Source of the DNA: Actinomycetota bacterium
GTDB lineage: Bacteria > Actinomycetota > UBA4738 > HRBIN12
Assembly: GCA_041287635.1 (NCBI GenBank)
Contig: JBGGNG010000057.1
Span: 54,062-118,061 of the forward strand
Direction: 5' to 3'
Length of the DNA stretch: 64,000 nucleotides
The translations under genes and the position numbers were made by a program. Within the stretch, counting starts at the first letter, position 1, and every line of letters starts with the position of its first letter. Of the stretch, positions 27,351 through 37,150 are shown piece by piece. The notes beneath the pieces are model-generated. The model did no database searches. It was not told where the DNA came from and saw nothing but the letters and a program-made list of their open reading frames with translations.

Positions 27351-27497
27351 ATGGCAACGACGGTTCCCGGTCCACGACGTCTCGAGCCGACCAGGCTCGG
27401 GGCGGAGGTACGACAGAGCCTGACCCTGATCGGCCTGACGGCGCTCACGCTCCTCGCCTCGATCGGCATCGGCATCCTCGCCGGGCAGCTCGGTTGA
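27351..27497 (+). CDS. possible small single-TM protein between mraZ and rsmH (48 aa)
   Basis: ATG 8 nt after the mraZ stop with AGGAGG 13 nt upstream; [48 protein letters not shown]; stops 1 nt before the rsmH start. Confidence 0.3.
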   Translation: MATTVPGPRRLEPTRLGAEVRQSLTLIGLTALTLLASIGIGILAGQLG

Positions 27498-27498
27498 C

Positions 27499-28410
27499 GT
27501 GGGGGAGCGGGATGCGACGGGGGCGGCGGCTGATGCGGTCGCGCCGCACGACCCCGTCATGGTCGCCGAGGTGGTCCGCTTCCTCGTCGGCGACGCTCCG
27601 CGCACCGGGACGGTCGTGGACATGACGCTGGGAGCGGGTGGGCACACCGAGGCGCTGCTGCGCGCGGGCGCCGACCGGGTGATCGGCATCGATCGCGACG
27701 CCGAGGCGCTTGCCGTCGCCGACGAGCGGTTGGCCCCGTACGGCGAGCGGTTCCGCTCGGTCAGGACGACGTTCGACGAGGTGGACGGCGCGGTCACCGG
27801 CGGGCCTGTGGACGGCCTGCTGTACGACCTCGGGGTCTCGTCGATGCAGCTCGATCGGGCCGAGCGCGGGTTCAGCTATCGCGACGACGGTCCGCTCGAC
27901 ATGCGCATGGCGGGCGCCGACGACGACGAGCCCTCGGCCGCCGACCTCGTGAACTCGCTACCCGAAGGTGATCTCGCCGACCTGATCTACGAGCTCGGGG
28001 GCGAACGTCACTCGCGCCGCATCGCCCGGGCGATCGTCCGACGCCGGCCGATCACCACCACCGACCAGCTCGCCGGCGTGGTCGTGGGCGCCGTGGGACG
28101 ACGGCCGGGGGGCCCCCACCCCGCGCGTCGCACGTTCCAGGCGCTCCGCATCGCGGTCAACCGGGAGATCGAGGAACTCGCCGCCTCCCTGCCTCAGGCG
28201 GTCGGGCTCCTCGCTCCCGGGGGCCGCGTGGTCGTGATCGCGTACCACTCCCTCGAGGACCGCGTCGTGAAGACGACGTTCCGCGAGGATGACCGCCTCA
28301 CGGTGCTGACGAAGAAGCCGCTGCGTCCGCCCGAGGAGGAAGTCGCTCGGAACCCTCGTGCGCGCAGCGCGATCTTCCGCGCCGCCCAGCGAGCCGAGGC
28401 GGCCGCGTGA
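27499..28410 (+). CDS. rsmH: 16S rRNA (cytosine1402-N4)-methyltransferase
   Basis: HDPVMVAEV...[14 protein letters not shown]...[13 protein letters not shown]-methyltransferase motifs; canonical second gene of the dcw cluster. Confidence 0.85.
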   Translation: MGERDATGAAADAVAPHDPVMVAEVVRFLVGDAPRTGTVVDMTLGAGGHTEALLRAGADRVIGIDRDAEALAVADERLAPYGERFRSVRTTFDEVDGAVTGGPVDGLLYDLGVSSMQLDRAERGFSYRDDGPLDMRMAGADDDEPSAADLVNSLPEGDLADLIYELGGERHSRRIARAIVRRRPITTTDQLAGVVVGAVGRRPGGPHPARRTFQALRIAVNREIEELAASLPQAVGLLAPGGRVVVIAYHSLEDRVVKTTFREDDRLTVLTKKPLRPPEEEVARNPRARSAIFRAAQRAEAAA

Positions 28411-28835
28411 GCGTTCCGGCACGGAACCTCCCCGCACCCCGGTCGCCTGCGCGCGCAGCGCGACCCGCGGCGCGCCCGACACCCTCCACCCCTCCCCAGC
28501 GTCGGGCGCGCCGCGGGTCCACCCCGGCGTTCTGGCTCCTCTCGGCCGCGGTCGTGTCTGCACTCGTGTTCGTCGTCGTGGGGCTGAACGCGATGGTCGT
28601 GAACACGACCTACCGGACGGAGGCGATCGACCAGCGGGTGCGGACCCTTCAGGAACGGAACGAGGAGCTCGACATCGAGGTCGCCCGCCTCTCGTCGCCC
28701 TCGCGGATCGCTGAATGGGCCGACGTCGTCGGCATGGTCGCGCCGGGCCCCGGTGAGTCGGTGATCCTGCGGGTTCCGGGTGAGCGCTCGCGCTGGTCCG
28801 CCTCGAACGGCGAGGGTGCGGGAGGGGGAGGATGA
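28407..28835 (+). CDS. ftsL: cell division protein FtsL-like
   Basis: 142 aa, Pro/Arg-rich N-terminus, one TM helix, coiled-coil ([19 protein letters not shown]); position between rsmH and ftsI; GTG overlaps the rsmH stop. Confidence 0.6.
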   Translation: MSVPARNLPAPRSPARAARPAARPTPSTPPQRRARRGSTPAFWLLSAAVVSALVFVVVGLNAMVVNTTYRTEAIDQRVRTLQERNEELDIEVARLSSPSRIAEWADVVGMVAPGPGESVILRVPGERSRWSASNGEGAGGGG

Positions 28836-30541
28836 CCCGCCCGCCGGTCACGAGGCTCATCGCGATGCTCGCGTTGATGCTGCTCGCCTTCGGCGGCATC
28901 GTCGTGCGGTTGGCATTCCTGCAGGTGCGCGACAACCCCGAGCTCGAGGCGATGGGGCTGCAGCAGCGCGTTCGGACGACCACCCTGCCCGCCCAGCGCG
29001 GGGAGATCGTCGATCGCTCGGGCGTGCCGCTCGCCGTCACGCGGGAGGCCCGCGACATCTACGTGGACCCCCGTGACGTCGTGGACCCACGCGCCGAGGC
29101 CGAGACGATCGCCGAGGTCCTCGATCTGCGCGCCCGGGAGGTGCGGACGGCGCTCGAGAGCGACGGCACGTTCGCCTTCATCGACCGACAGGTCGACCTC
29201 GATGTCGCGGAGGAGCTCGAGAGCCTGTCCCTGCCCGGCATCGGGTTCCTCGAGGTGCCGAAGCGCTACTACCCGGCCGGGGCCCTCGCGGCGCAGGTGC
29301 TGGGGTTCGTGAACGTCGACGGGGAGGGTGCCGCCGGGCTGGAGAGCGCCTTCGACGACGCGCTCGCGGGTACCCCAGGTGAGCGCACCGCCGAGATGTC
29401 GGCCGACGGGCTGCCGATCTCGAGCGGGCTCGACACGCTCGTCGAGCCGGTGCCCGGCTCGACGATGCATACGACGATCGACCGGCAGATGCAGTACATG
29501 GTGCAGACCGCGCTCGAACGAGCGGTGAAGGACAACGGAGCCCTGGGCGGCACGGCCGTCGTGATGGACCCGGCCACGGGCGAGGTGCTGGCGATGGCCA
29601 CCTACCCCTGGTTCGACCCGAACGAGTACAGCGAGGCGCCGGTCGAGGCGATGCGCAACCGCGCGGTGACCGATACGTTCGAGCCGGGCTCGGTCAACAA
29701 GATCATCACGGCGGCGGCGGCGCTGGAGACCGGGGCGGTCTCCCTCGAGGAGCGGTTCCGCGTGCCCGCTTCGATGAAGGTCGGGCCGTTCACGATCCGT
29801 GACTCGCACGAGCATCCGGTGGAGTCGATGACGATCGGGGACATCATCACGGAGTCGAGCAACATCGGCGCCGCGCTGATCGCCGAGCAGGTGGGAAGCG
29901 TGACGCTCGGCTCCTTCATGGAGAAGTTCGGATACGGCAGTCCGACCGGAGTCGGGTTCCCGGGCGAAGCGGCGGGCGTGCTGCTGCCCGGTGAGAGCTG
30001 GGACGAGGTGATCCGCGCGACGGTCTCCTACGGTCAGGGCATCTCTGTGACCCCGCTGCAGATGGCCAACGTCTACGCCACGATCGCCAACGGCGGGCGC
30101 TGGATGCAGCCGACGCTCGTGCGCGGCTTCGAGGCACCCGACGGCGCGTTCGCCGAGGCCGACGCGAGACGGACCCACCGGATCATCCGCCCCGATACGG
30201 CGCAACTGCTCACGAGCATGCTCGCGTCCGCCGTGGAGGAGGGGACGGGCGTGAACGCCCAGATCCCCGGCTACCAGGTCGCGGGCAAGACCGGCACCTC
30301 GCGCAAGCTCGATGCGTACGGCCACTACGTGCAGCGGTACCATGCCTCGTTCGCCGGGTTCCTGCCCGCCGCCGACCCTCGCGTGGTGATCGCGGTCTCG
30401 ATCGACGAGCCCCGCACCGTCTACGGCGGCCTGGCGGCGGCGCCTCTGTTCCAGGAGATCGCTCGGTACGCGATCCAGCGCCTCGCGATCCCCGCTGCAC
30501 CCCCGGTGGCCCTGCCGCCGAACGCATCGGGAACCTCCTGA
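28832..30541 (+). CDS. ftsI: peptidoglycan D,D-transpeptidase FtsI (class B PBP)
   Basis: TM anchor, PBP dimerisation domain, transpeptidase motifs (SVNKII STxK, SSN, KTGT). Confidence 0.85.
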   Translation: MTRPPVTRLIAMLALMLLAFGGIVVRLAFLQVRDNPELEAMGLQQRVRTTTLPAQRGEIVDRSGVPLAVTREARDIYVDPRDVVDPRAEAETIAEVLDLRAREVRTALESDGTFAFIDRQVDLDVAEELESLSLPGIGFLEVPKRYYPAGALAAQVLGFVNVDGEGAAGLESAFDDALAGTPGERTAEMSADGLPISSGLDTLVEPVPGSTMHTTIDRQMQYMVQTALERAVKDNGALGGTAVVMDPATGEVLAMATYPWFDPNEYSEAPVEAMRNRAVTDTFEPGSVNKIITAAAALETGAVSLEERFRVPASMKVGPFTIRDSHEHPVESMTIGDIITESSNIGAALIAEQVGSVTLGSFMEKFGYGSPTGVGFPGEAAGVLLPGESWDEVIRATVSYGQGISVTPLQMANVYATIANGGRWMQPTLVRGFEAPDGAFAEADARRTHRIIRPDTAQLLTSMLASAVEEGTGVNAQIPGYQVAGKTGTSRKLDAYGHYVQRYHASFAGFLPAADPRVVIAVSIDEPRTVYGGLAAAPLFQEIARYAIQRLAIPAAPPVALPPNASGTS

Positions 30542-32079
30542 TGGCTACCGGCCGGCGGCCGGGGGCGCGGGTAAGCTCGGAACCGGTGGCTTCCCCGTCG
30601 GTGTCCCCCCCATCCGCGCCTGCGTTCCCGCCGATCCCCCTCTCGGCGCTGGTCGACGCCGTCCCCGACGCCGAACCTCGGGGCGACACGGCGCTCTCGA
30701 TCCTCGACGTCGCCTACGACTCCCGCGCCGTCGGCACCGGTGCCTTGTTCTGCTGCGTGCAGGGCGCGACGGCCGACGGGCACGACTTCGCTCGCGCGGC
30801 GCTCGATGCGGGCGCCGCCGCGCTCGTCGTCGAGCGTTGGCTCGATGTGGCGGCTCCGCAGGTGCTCGTCCGCTCGGTCCGCGAGGCGATGGGGCCGATC
30901 GCGGCCCGGGCGTTCCGTGATCCCGCCGAGGCGATGACGATGCTCGGAGTCACCGGGACGAACGGGAAGACCACCACGACGTACCTGGTGGAGGCGATCG
31001 CCCGTCGAGCGGGCGTGCGCCCGGGAGTGATCGGCACGACGGGAGCTCGCGCCGATGGGGAGCCGCTCCCGCTCGACCGCACGACCCCCGAGGCTCCGGA
31101 TCTGCACCGGCTGCTGGCCCGCATGCGCGACGGCGGCGTCGGTCTCGTGGCGATGGAGGCGTCGTCGCACGCGCTCGACCAGCACCGGGTCGACGGGGTG
31201 ATCTACGACGCGGTCGCGTTCACGAACCTCTCCCAGGATCACCTCGACTTCCACGCGTCGATGGAACGGTACTTCGCGGCCAAGGCGGCTCTGTTCACGT
31301 CCCGGCACGCTCGCCGGGGACTCGTCAACGCGGACGACCGGTGGGGCCGTCGGCTGCTGACGTCGCCCGAGATCCCGGTGTCGACGTTCGCGGTCGACGT
31401 CGACGCCGACCTGCGCGCCGTCGACGTCGAGGTCTTCGCGTCCGGGATCGCCTTCCGGATCGACGGACTCGCGGTGCGCTCCTCGTTGCGCGGCGCGTTC
31501 AACGTCTCGAACTGCCTGGCCGCGATCTCGCTGGGGCGAGCCGTGGGCCTGCCCGACTCGGCGATCGTCGAGGGCATCGCCGACGTGCGTGCGGTGCCGG
31601 GCCGCGTGGAGCCGGTCGACGAGGGTCAGGAGTTCCTGGTGGTGGTGGACTACGCCCACACGCCGGATAGCATCCTCGGCGTGCTGCAGGCCACGCGCCC
31701 GCTGGCCACGGGCCGGCTGATCGTCGTGTTCGGTTGCGGAGGAGACCGCGACCGCGCCAAGCGACCCTTGATGGGGAAGGCGGCGACCTCGACAGCCGAC
31801 CTGACGATCATCACCTCGGACAACCCTCGCTCCGAGGATCCGGCCGAGATCATCGCGGCGATCGAGCCCGGTGCGATCGAGGGCGGCGGCGACTACGTGA
31901 TCGAGGCCGATCGCCGGGCCGCGATCGCCCGCGCCGTGGGAGATGCAGCGCCCGGCGATGTGGTCGTGATCGCCGGCAAGGGCCACGAGCCGACCCAGGA
32001 GATCGCCGGTCGAACGATCGAGTTCGACGATCGTGGCGTCGCCCGCGCGGAGCTCCGAGCGCTCGGGGGTCGGGCGTGA
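30541..32079 (+). CDS. murE: UDP-N-acetylmuramoyl-L-alanyl-D-glutamate--2,6-diaminopimelate ligase
   Basis: Mur ligase motifs GVTGTNGKTTTTYL, DYAHTPDS, DNPRSEDP; ATG overlaps the ftsI stop. Confidence 0.85.
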   Translation: MATGRRPGARVSSEPVASPSVSPPSAPAFPPIPLSALVDAVPDAEPRGDTALSILDVAYDSRAVGTGALFCCVQGATADGHDFARAALDAGAAALVVERWLDVAAPQVLVRSVREAMGPIAARAFRDPAEAMTMLGVTGTNGKTTTTYLVEAIARRAGVRPGVIGTTGARADGEPLPLDRTTPEAPDLHRLLARMRDGGVGLVAMEASSHALDQHRVDGVIYDAVAFTNLSQDHLDFHASMERYFAAKAALFTSRHARRGLVNADDRWGRRLLTSPEIPVSTFAVDVDADLRAVDVEVFASGIAFRIDGLAVRSSLRGAFNVSNCLAAISLGRAVGLPDSAIVEGIADVRAVPGRVEPVDEGQEFLVVVDYAHTPDSILGVLQATRPLATGRLIVVFGCGGDRDRAKRPLMGKAATSTADLTIITSDNPRSEDPAEIIAAIEPGAIEGGGDYVIEADRRAAIARAVGDAAPGDVVVIAGKGHEPTQEIAGRTIEFDDRGVARAELRALGGRA

Positions 32080-33437
32080 TCCCTCGGTCGATGTCGGCGA
32101 TCGCGGGGGAGGTGGGCGGCAGGCTCACCGGTGCCGATGCGGAGATCACGCACGTGGTGACCGACTCGCGTCTCGTGAGTCCCGGCGCGCTGTTCGTCGC
32201 CCTCGCGGGTGAGCGGACCGACGGTGCGGGGTTCGTCGAGGACGCGCTCGCACGCGGCGCGACGGGGGCGCTCGTGCCCGAGGGCGTCGTCATGGCGGGT
32301 TCGGGCATCGTGGTCGCCTCCACCGGCGAGGCCCTGCTGAGGCTGGCCACGGCCGAGCGGACGCGTTCGTCCGCGATCGTGGTCGGGATCACCGGCGCCA
32401 ACGGGAAGACCACCACGAAGGACATGGCGGCGGCGGTGCTCTCCCGGACGTACCGGACCCACGCGAGCCCGGGGTCGTTCAACAACGAGATCGGCCTGCC
32501 GATCACGATCCTCGGCGCCGACCCGGCGACCGAGGTCATCGTCGCCGAGCTCGGCGCCCGTCGCAAGGGCGACGTCACGCTGCTGTGCGAGGTCGCGAAG
32601 CCGGCGATCGTCGTCGTGACGAACGTTGGCGTGGCGCACATCGAGATCTTCGGGTCCTGGGAGGCGATCGTCGAGGCGTCGGCGGAGCCGGTCGAGGCCG
32701 TCGCGGCGGAGGGCTGGGTCGTCCTGAACGCCGACGACCCGGTCGTCGCCGGCTTCCGCTCACGCGCTGCCGGTCGTGTCGTCACCTTCGGCGTGCATGC
32801 CGATGCGGATGTGCGAGCCGAGGGCGTGGAGATCGGGGCCGATGGCACGGCCTCGTTCACCCTCGTCACCAGAGATCGGCCCGTGCCCGTCGACCTGCCG
32901 ATCGCCGGCGAGCATATGGTGCCCAACGCTCTCGCAGCGGCGGCGGTCGGCCAGATCCTCGGTGTGCCGGCGGAGGCGTCGGCCCAGGCACTCGCCACCA
33001 CGGCCCTCTCGCGCTGGCGCATGGAGACCTTCACGACCCACGAGGGCGTCCGCGTGATCAACGACGCGTACAACGCGAACCCCGAGTCGATGGCGGCCGC
33101 GCTGAAGACCGCTCGTGTGATGGCGGCCGACGCCCGGCTGATCGCGGTCCTCGGGCACATGGCCGAGATCGGACCGATCGCGGGAGTTGCCCATGAGCAG
33201 GTGGGCGATCTCGCGGCACGTCTGCCGGTCGACCGGCTCGTGACGGTCGGACACGACGCTCGACCGATCGCGATGTCAGCGCTCCGCGAGGGCGTGGAGC
33301 CCGAGAACGTCGCCTCCTACGACGATCCGAGGGACGCGCTGGCCGACGTGCGGGCCCATGCCCGCGTCGGGGACGTCGTGCTCGTCAAGGGCTCGCGCGC
33401 CGCCGGCCTGGAGAGCGTCGCGGAGGCGCTGCGGTGA
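32076..33437 (+). CDS. murF: UDP-N-acetylmuramoyl-tripeptide--D-alanyl-D-alanine ligase
   Basis: GTG overlaps the murE stop (GTGA); GITGANGKTTTKD Mur ligase P-loop. Confidence 0.8.
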   Translation: MIPRSMSAIAGEVGGRLTGADAEITHVVTDSRLVSPGALFVALAGERTDGAGFVEDALARGATGALVPEGVVMAGSGIVVASTGEALLRLATAERTRSSAIVVGITGANGKTTTKDMAAAVLSRTYRTHASPGSFNNEIGLPITILGADPATEVIVAELGARRKGDVTLLCEVAKPAIVVVTNVGVAHIEIFGSWEAIVEASAEPVEAVAAEGWVVLNADDPVVAGFRSRAAGRVVTFGVHADADVRAEGVEIGADGTASFTLVTRDRPVPVDLPIAGEHMVPNALAAAAVGQILGVPAEASAQALATTALSRWRMETFTTHEGVRVINDAYNANPESMAAALKTARVMAADARLIAVLGHMAEIGPIAGVAHEQVGDLAARLPVDRLVTVGHDARPIAMSALREGVEPENVASYDDPRDALADVRAHARVGDVVLVKGSRAAGLESVAEALR

Positions 33438-34501
33438 TCTCGATCCTGGTGGCGGGCGCGATCGGTCTGGCGGTGACGCTGCTCGGCACCCCGATCGCGA
33501 TCAAGGTGTTCACGGTCTGGGGGTGGGGCCAGCGCATCCGCGAGGACGGTCCACATACCCACATGGAGAAGATGGGAACGCCGACGATGGGTGGCATCGT
33601 GATCCTCGTCGGCCTGCTGCTCGCGTTCCTCGCCACGCGGTTCACGAGCGGGCCTATCACCCCGGCGGGGCTCGCGCTCGTGGTGGCGGTCGTGGGCTTC
33701 GGGCTCGTGGGCTTCCTCGATGACTTCATGAAGGTCCGCAACCGCCGGTCGCTGGGGCTGACGAAGCTGCAGAAGTTCTGCGGCACCGCGATCGTCTCGG
33801 TGCTGTTCGGCGTGATCGTGGCGCGCTCCAGCGACGAGACCGGCATCAGCACGAACCTGTCGTTCATCCGCCCGACGGCCATCTCGCTCGGCGTCTTTTT
33901 CCTCGTCTGGGTCTTCGTCGTGCTCACCGCGTCGTCGCATGCGGTCAATCTCACCGACGGCCTCGACGGGCTGGCCGCCGGATCGAGCGCGCTCGTGTTC
34001 GCGTCCTACGCCTTCATCGCCTTCTGGGAGTTTCGGCACCTCTGCTTCGGCGCGGAAGGCATCGCACGGCAGGGCTGCTTCGACGTGAACGGACCCGCGA
34101 TGCTCGACAACGCGATCATGGCGGCCGCCATGATGGGAGCACTCGCCGGCTTCCTCTGGTGGAACGCCGCCCCCGCGCGGATCTTCATGGGAGACACCGG
34201 TGCCCTCGCGATCGGGGGTCTCCTCGGCGCCCTCGCGATCACCACGAACACCCAGCTCCTGCTCGTGATCCTCGGCGGGCTCTTCGTGATGGAGACGATG
34301 TCGGTGATCCTGCAGGTGATCTCGTTCCGTGGGTTCGGGCGACGGATCTTCCGCATGTCGCCGATCCACCATCACTTCGAACTCGCCGGGTGGCCCGAGT
34401 TCACCGTGATCGTGCGGTTCTGGATCATCGCGGGCCTCTGCGTGGCCGTGGGCCTGGGTCTGTTCTACGCCGACTTCATCCGCCTGGGAGGGCTCGAGTG
34501 A
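33434..34501 (+). CDS. mraY: phospho-N-acetylmuramoyl-pentapeptide transferase
   Basis: MraY motifs (VNLTDGLDGLA, MGDTG, polytopic); GTG overlaps the murF stop. Confidence 0.9.
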   Translation: MISILVAGAIGLAVTLLGTPIAIKVFTVWGWGQRIREDGPHTHMEKMGTPTMGGIVILVGLLLAFLATRFTSGPITPAGLALVVAVVGFGLVGFLDDFMKVRNRRSLGLTKLQKFCGTAIVSVLFGVIVARSSDETGISTNLSFIRPTAISLGVFFLVWVFVVLTASSHAVNLTDGLDGLAAGSSALVFASYAFIAFWEFRHLCFGAEGIARQGCFDVNGPAMLDNAIMAAAMMGALAGFLWWNAAPARIFMGDTGALAIGGLLGALAITTNTQLLLVILGGLFVMETMSVILQVISFRGFGRRIFRMSPIHHHFELAGWPEFTVIVRFWIIAGLCVAVGLGLFYADFIRLGGLE

Positions 34502-35850
34502 GCGGGCGCTTCGACGGCGAGCGTGTGGTGGTGGTCGGCGCCGGCGTGGCCGGCGCCTCGGCTGCCCGCGTGCTCGTCGCCGAAGGCGCCACGGTGCGTG
34601 TGACCGAGGCGCGGCCCACGTCCGAGCTGTCCACGGTGGCGGCGCTGCGTGACGCCGGCGTCGAGATGCTGACCGGCGGCCACGAACCGGGGCATCTCGA
34701 CGACGCGACGCTCGTCGTGACCGGCCCGGGAGTCTCCGAGGCCGCCCCCGTGCTCACGTGGGCGCGTGAGCGCGGACTCCCGATCTGGAGCGAGATGGAG
34801 CTCGGCGCACGACTCGCCGACGTGCCGTACCTGGCCGTCACGGGCACGAACGGCAAGACCACGACCACCGGCATGATCGAGGCGTGTCTGCGCGCCGACG
34901 GCGTCGATGCCGTGGCGTGCGGCAACATCGGCCACCCGTTCCCCGAGGCAGCGCGCGCGGGGCACGAGGTTCTGGTCGTCGAGTGCTCGTCGTTCCAGCT
35001 CCGCATGCAGGCGTCGTTCCATCCCCGGGTCTCGGTGCTGTTGAACCTCGCGCCGGACCACCTCGACGAACACGGATCGTTCGAGGCGTACGCCGACGCG
35101 AAGGCGAGGATCTACGCGCTCCAGGGGCCGGATGACACGCACATCGGCAACCGCGACGATCCCGCGGCGGGCGCCCGATCGGCCGAGGCTCCCTGCGACG
35201 TCGTGTGGTTCCGCGCGGGAGCGCCCGGCGACGGCGAGGTCGGCTACGACCACGAGGATCTCGTCTCGAACCTGGAGAGCGAGCGCGTCCCACTGGGGCG
35301 TGTCGAGGGCACGGCCGGGAAGCGGGCCGACGCGGCCGCGGCGGCTGCGGCGGCGCTGGCGTTCGGCGTCTCGGCCCGTGGCGTGCGCGACGGCCTCGAC
35401 GGCTTCGTGTCGGCGCCACATCGTGGTCAGATCGCGGCGGTCGTCGACGGCGTGACGTTCATCGACGACTCGAAGGCCACGAACGTGCACGCGGCACTCG
35501 CCGCGATCGATGGCGTCGAGGACGCCGTCCTGATCGCCGGCGGCATGGCCAAGGGTGTGGACCTGTCGCCGCTGGCCACGCGCGCCGGGCGGCTCCGAGC
35601 GGTGGTCGCGATCGGCGAGGGCGCCGCCGATCTCGTCCGGGTCTTCGACGGGGTGCGGCCCGTGCACGTCGCGTCGTCGATCGAGGATGCCGTGGGCACC
35701 GCTTTCGAGCTCGCCCGTCCCGGAGGTCGAGTGTTGCTGGCGCCGGCCTGTGCGAGCTGGGACCAGTTCCGTGACTACGCCGAGCGTGGCGACCGGTTCG
35801 CGGCAGCTGCGCACGGGTTGGAGCAGGAGGTGAGCGCCGGTGGCCCGTAG
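34498..35850 (+). CDS. murD: UDP-N-acetylmuramoylalanine--D-glutamate ligase
   Basis: GTG at 34498 overlapping the mraY stop; VVGAGVAG Rossmann fold and GTNGKTTTTGM. Confidence 0.85.
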   Translation: MSGRFDGERVVVVGAGVAGASAARVLVAEGATVRVTEARPTSELSTVAALRDAGVEMLTGGHEPGHLDDATLVVTGPGVSEAAPVLTWARERGLPIWSEMELGARLADVPYLAVTGTNGKTTTTGMIEACLRADGVDAVACGNIGHPFPEAARAGHEVLVVECSSFQLRMQASFHPRVSVLLNLAPDHLDEHGSFEAYADAKARIYALQGPDDTHIGNRDDPAAGARSAEAPCDVVWFRAGAPGDGEVGYDHEDLVSNLESERVPLGRVEGTAGKRADAAAAAAAALAFGVSARGVRDGLDGFVSAPHRGQIAAVVDGVTFIDDSKATNVHAALAAIDGVEDAVLIAGGMAKGVDLSPLATRAGRLRAVVAIGEGAADLVRVFDGVRPVHVASSIEDAVGTAFELARPGGRVLLAPACASWDQFRDYAERGDRFAAAAHGLEQEVSAGGP

Positions 35851-37150
35851 GAGGCCGGCCCGCGACCGGCGGCACCACCTGCGCGTCGTGCGCGCGCCTG
35901 GTCGTCGCGCGGCCGCGATGCATGCGGCCCGCGTCAACGTGCTCCTGTTGCTCGTCCCGACCGCGGTGCTCACGGTCCTCGGGCTCACGATGGTGCTGTC
36001 GGCCGGGTCCGTCTCTGCGACCCAGGGCTACGACGGCAACCCCTTCTGGTACTTCCAACGACAAGGCGTCTACGCGGTCATCGGCGTCGTCGCGCTGCTG
36101 ATCGCCCTGCGGCTGCCCCACACCGTCTGGCAGAAGATCGCGGTGCCGGCGGTGGTGCTGCTGATCCCGCTGATGCTCGTCGCCCTGCACCACTCGGCGG
36201 GCTCGTCCCTCTACGGCGCCTCACGGTGGATCGACCTCGGGTACGTCACGCTGCAGCCCTCGGAGTTCATGAAGCTCGCGATCGTCGCGTTCACCGCCAC
36301 GGTACTCACGAAGAAATGGGGCACGCTCGACGACCCGGTGCACCTGTTGATTCCGCTCGCCCCGGTCGTGCTGGGGGTGGCCCTGCTCGTGATCCTGCAG
36401 CGTGACCTCGGCACCACGGTGATCATCTGCGGATCGGTGTTCGTGCTGATGTTCGCCGCCGGGGTGCGCCTGCGCTACCTGGTCGTCACGGGCGCCGTCG
36501 CGATCGCCGGGACCGCGTTCCTGATCTTCGGGGAGGCCTACCGTCGAACCCGCTTCGTCGACGCGTTCCTGAACCCCTGGAACGATCCGGACGGGGCCGG
36601 ATTCCAGCTGATCCAGGGCATGATCGCGTTCGGCTCGGGTGGATGGATGGGGGTCGGTCTGGGCGCCAGTCGTCAGAAGTGGGACTACCTGCCGAACGCG
36701 CACTCCGACTTCATCTTCGCGATCGTCGGCGAGGAGCTCGGCCTGCTCGGGGCGCTGTTCGTGCTGGCGATGTTCGCCGTGCTCCTGTTCGCGGGGGTCC
36801 GTATCGCGATCGCCGCGCCCGACACTTTCGGTCGCCTGATGGCCGCGGGCATCACCGGGTGGATCGGGCTGCAGACGATCATCAACCTCGGCGCGGTCAC
36901 CGGCCTGATGCCGATCACGGGCGTGCCGTTGCCGCTGCTGTCGTTCGGCGGCACCGCGCTCGTCGTCACGCTCGCGGCCATCGGGGTCCTCGCCGGAATC
37001 GCCCGAGCGAGCGCCCAGGCTTCGCCTCGATCGTCGTCGGCCGGGTCCTCCACACGCACACGGCCAACGAGGCGCCCCACGACCTCGGCCGCACGTGCGC
37101 GCGAGAGGACGGCTCGACAGCACGCGGCCGGGGGAAGGACCGCGCGGTGA
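35840..37150 (+). CDS. ftsW: peptidoglycan glycosyltransferase FtsW (SEDS family)
   Basis: 10 TM helices, SEDS motifs (DLGT, PxxHSDFIFA); disordered Ser/Thr/Arg-rich C-tail. Confidence 0.85.
   Translation: MARRRPARDRRHHLRVVRAPGRRAAAMHAARVNVLLLLVPTAVLTVLGLTMVLSAGSVSATQGYDGNPFWYFQRQGVYAVIGVVALLIALRLPHTVWQKIAVPAVVLLIPLMLVALHHSAGSSLYGASRWIDLGYVTLQPSEFMKLAIVAFTATVLTKKWGTLDDPVHLLIPLAPVVLGVALLVILQRDLGTTVIICGSVFVLMFAAGVRLRYLVVTGAVAIAGTAFLIFGEAYRRTRFVDAFLNPWNDPDGAGFQLIQGMIAFGSGGWMGVGLGASRQKWDYLPNAHSDFIFAIVGEELGLLGALFVLAMFAVLLFAGVRIAIAAPDTFGRLMAAGITGWIGLQTIINLGAVTGLMPITGVPLPLLSFGGTALVVTLAAIGVLAGIARASAQASPRSSSAGSSTRTRPTRRPTTSAARARERTARQHAAGGRTAR

Noticed and set aside
36990-37150. Ser/Thr/Arg-rich low-complexity C-terminal tail of FtsW overlapping the murG start
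   Set aside because: Likely a genuine disordered tail (common in actinobacterial FtsW); not a separate feature.
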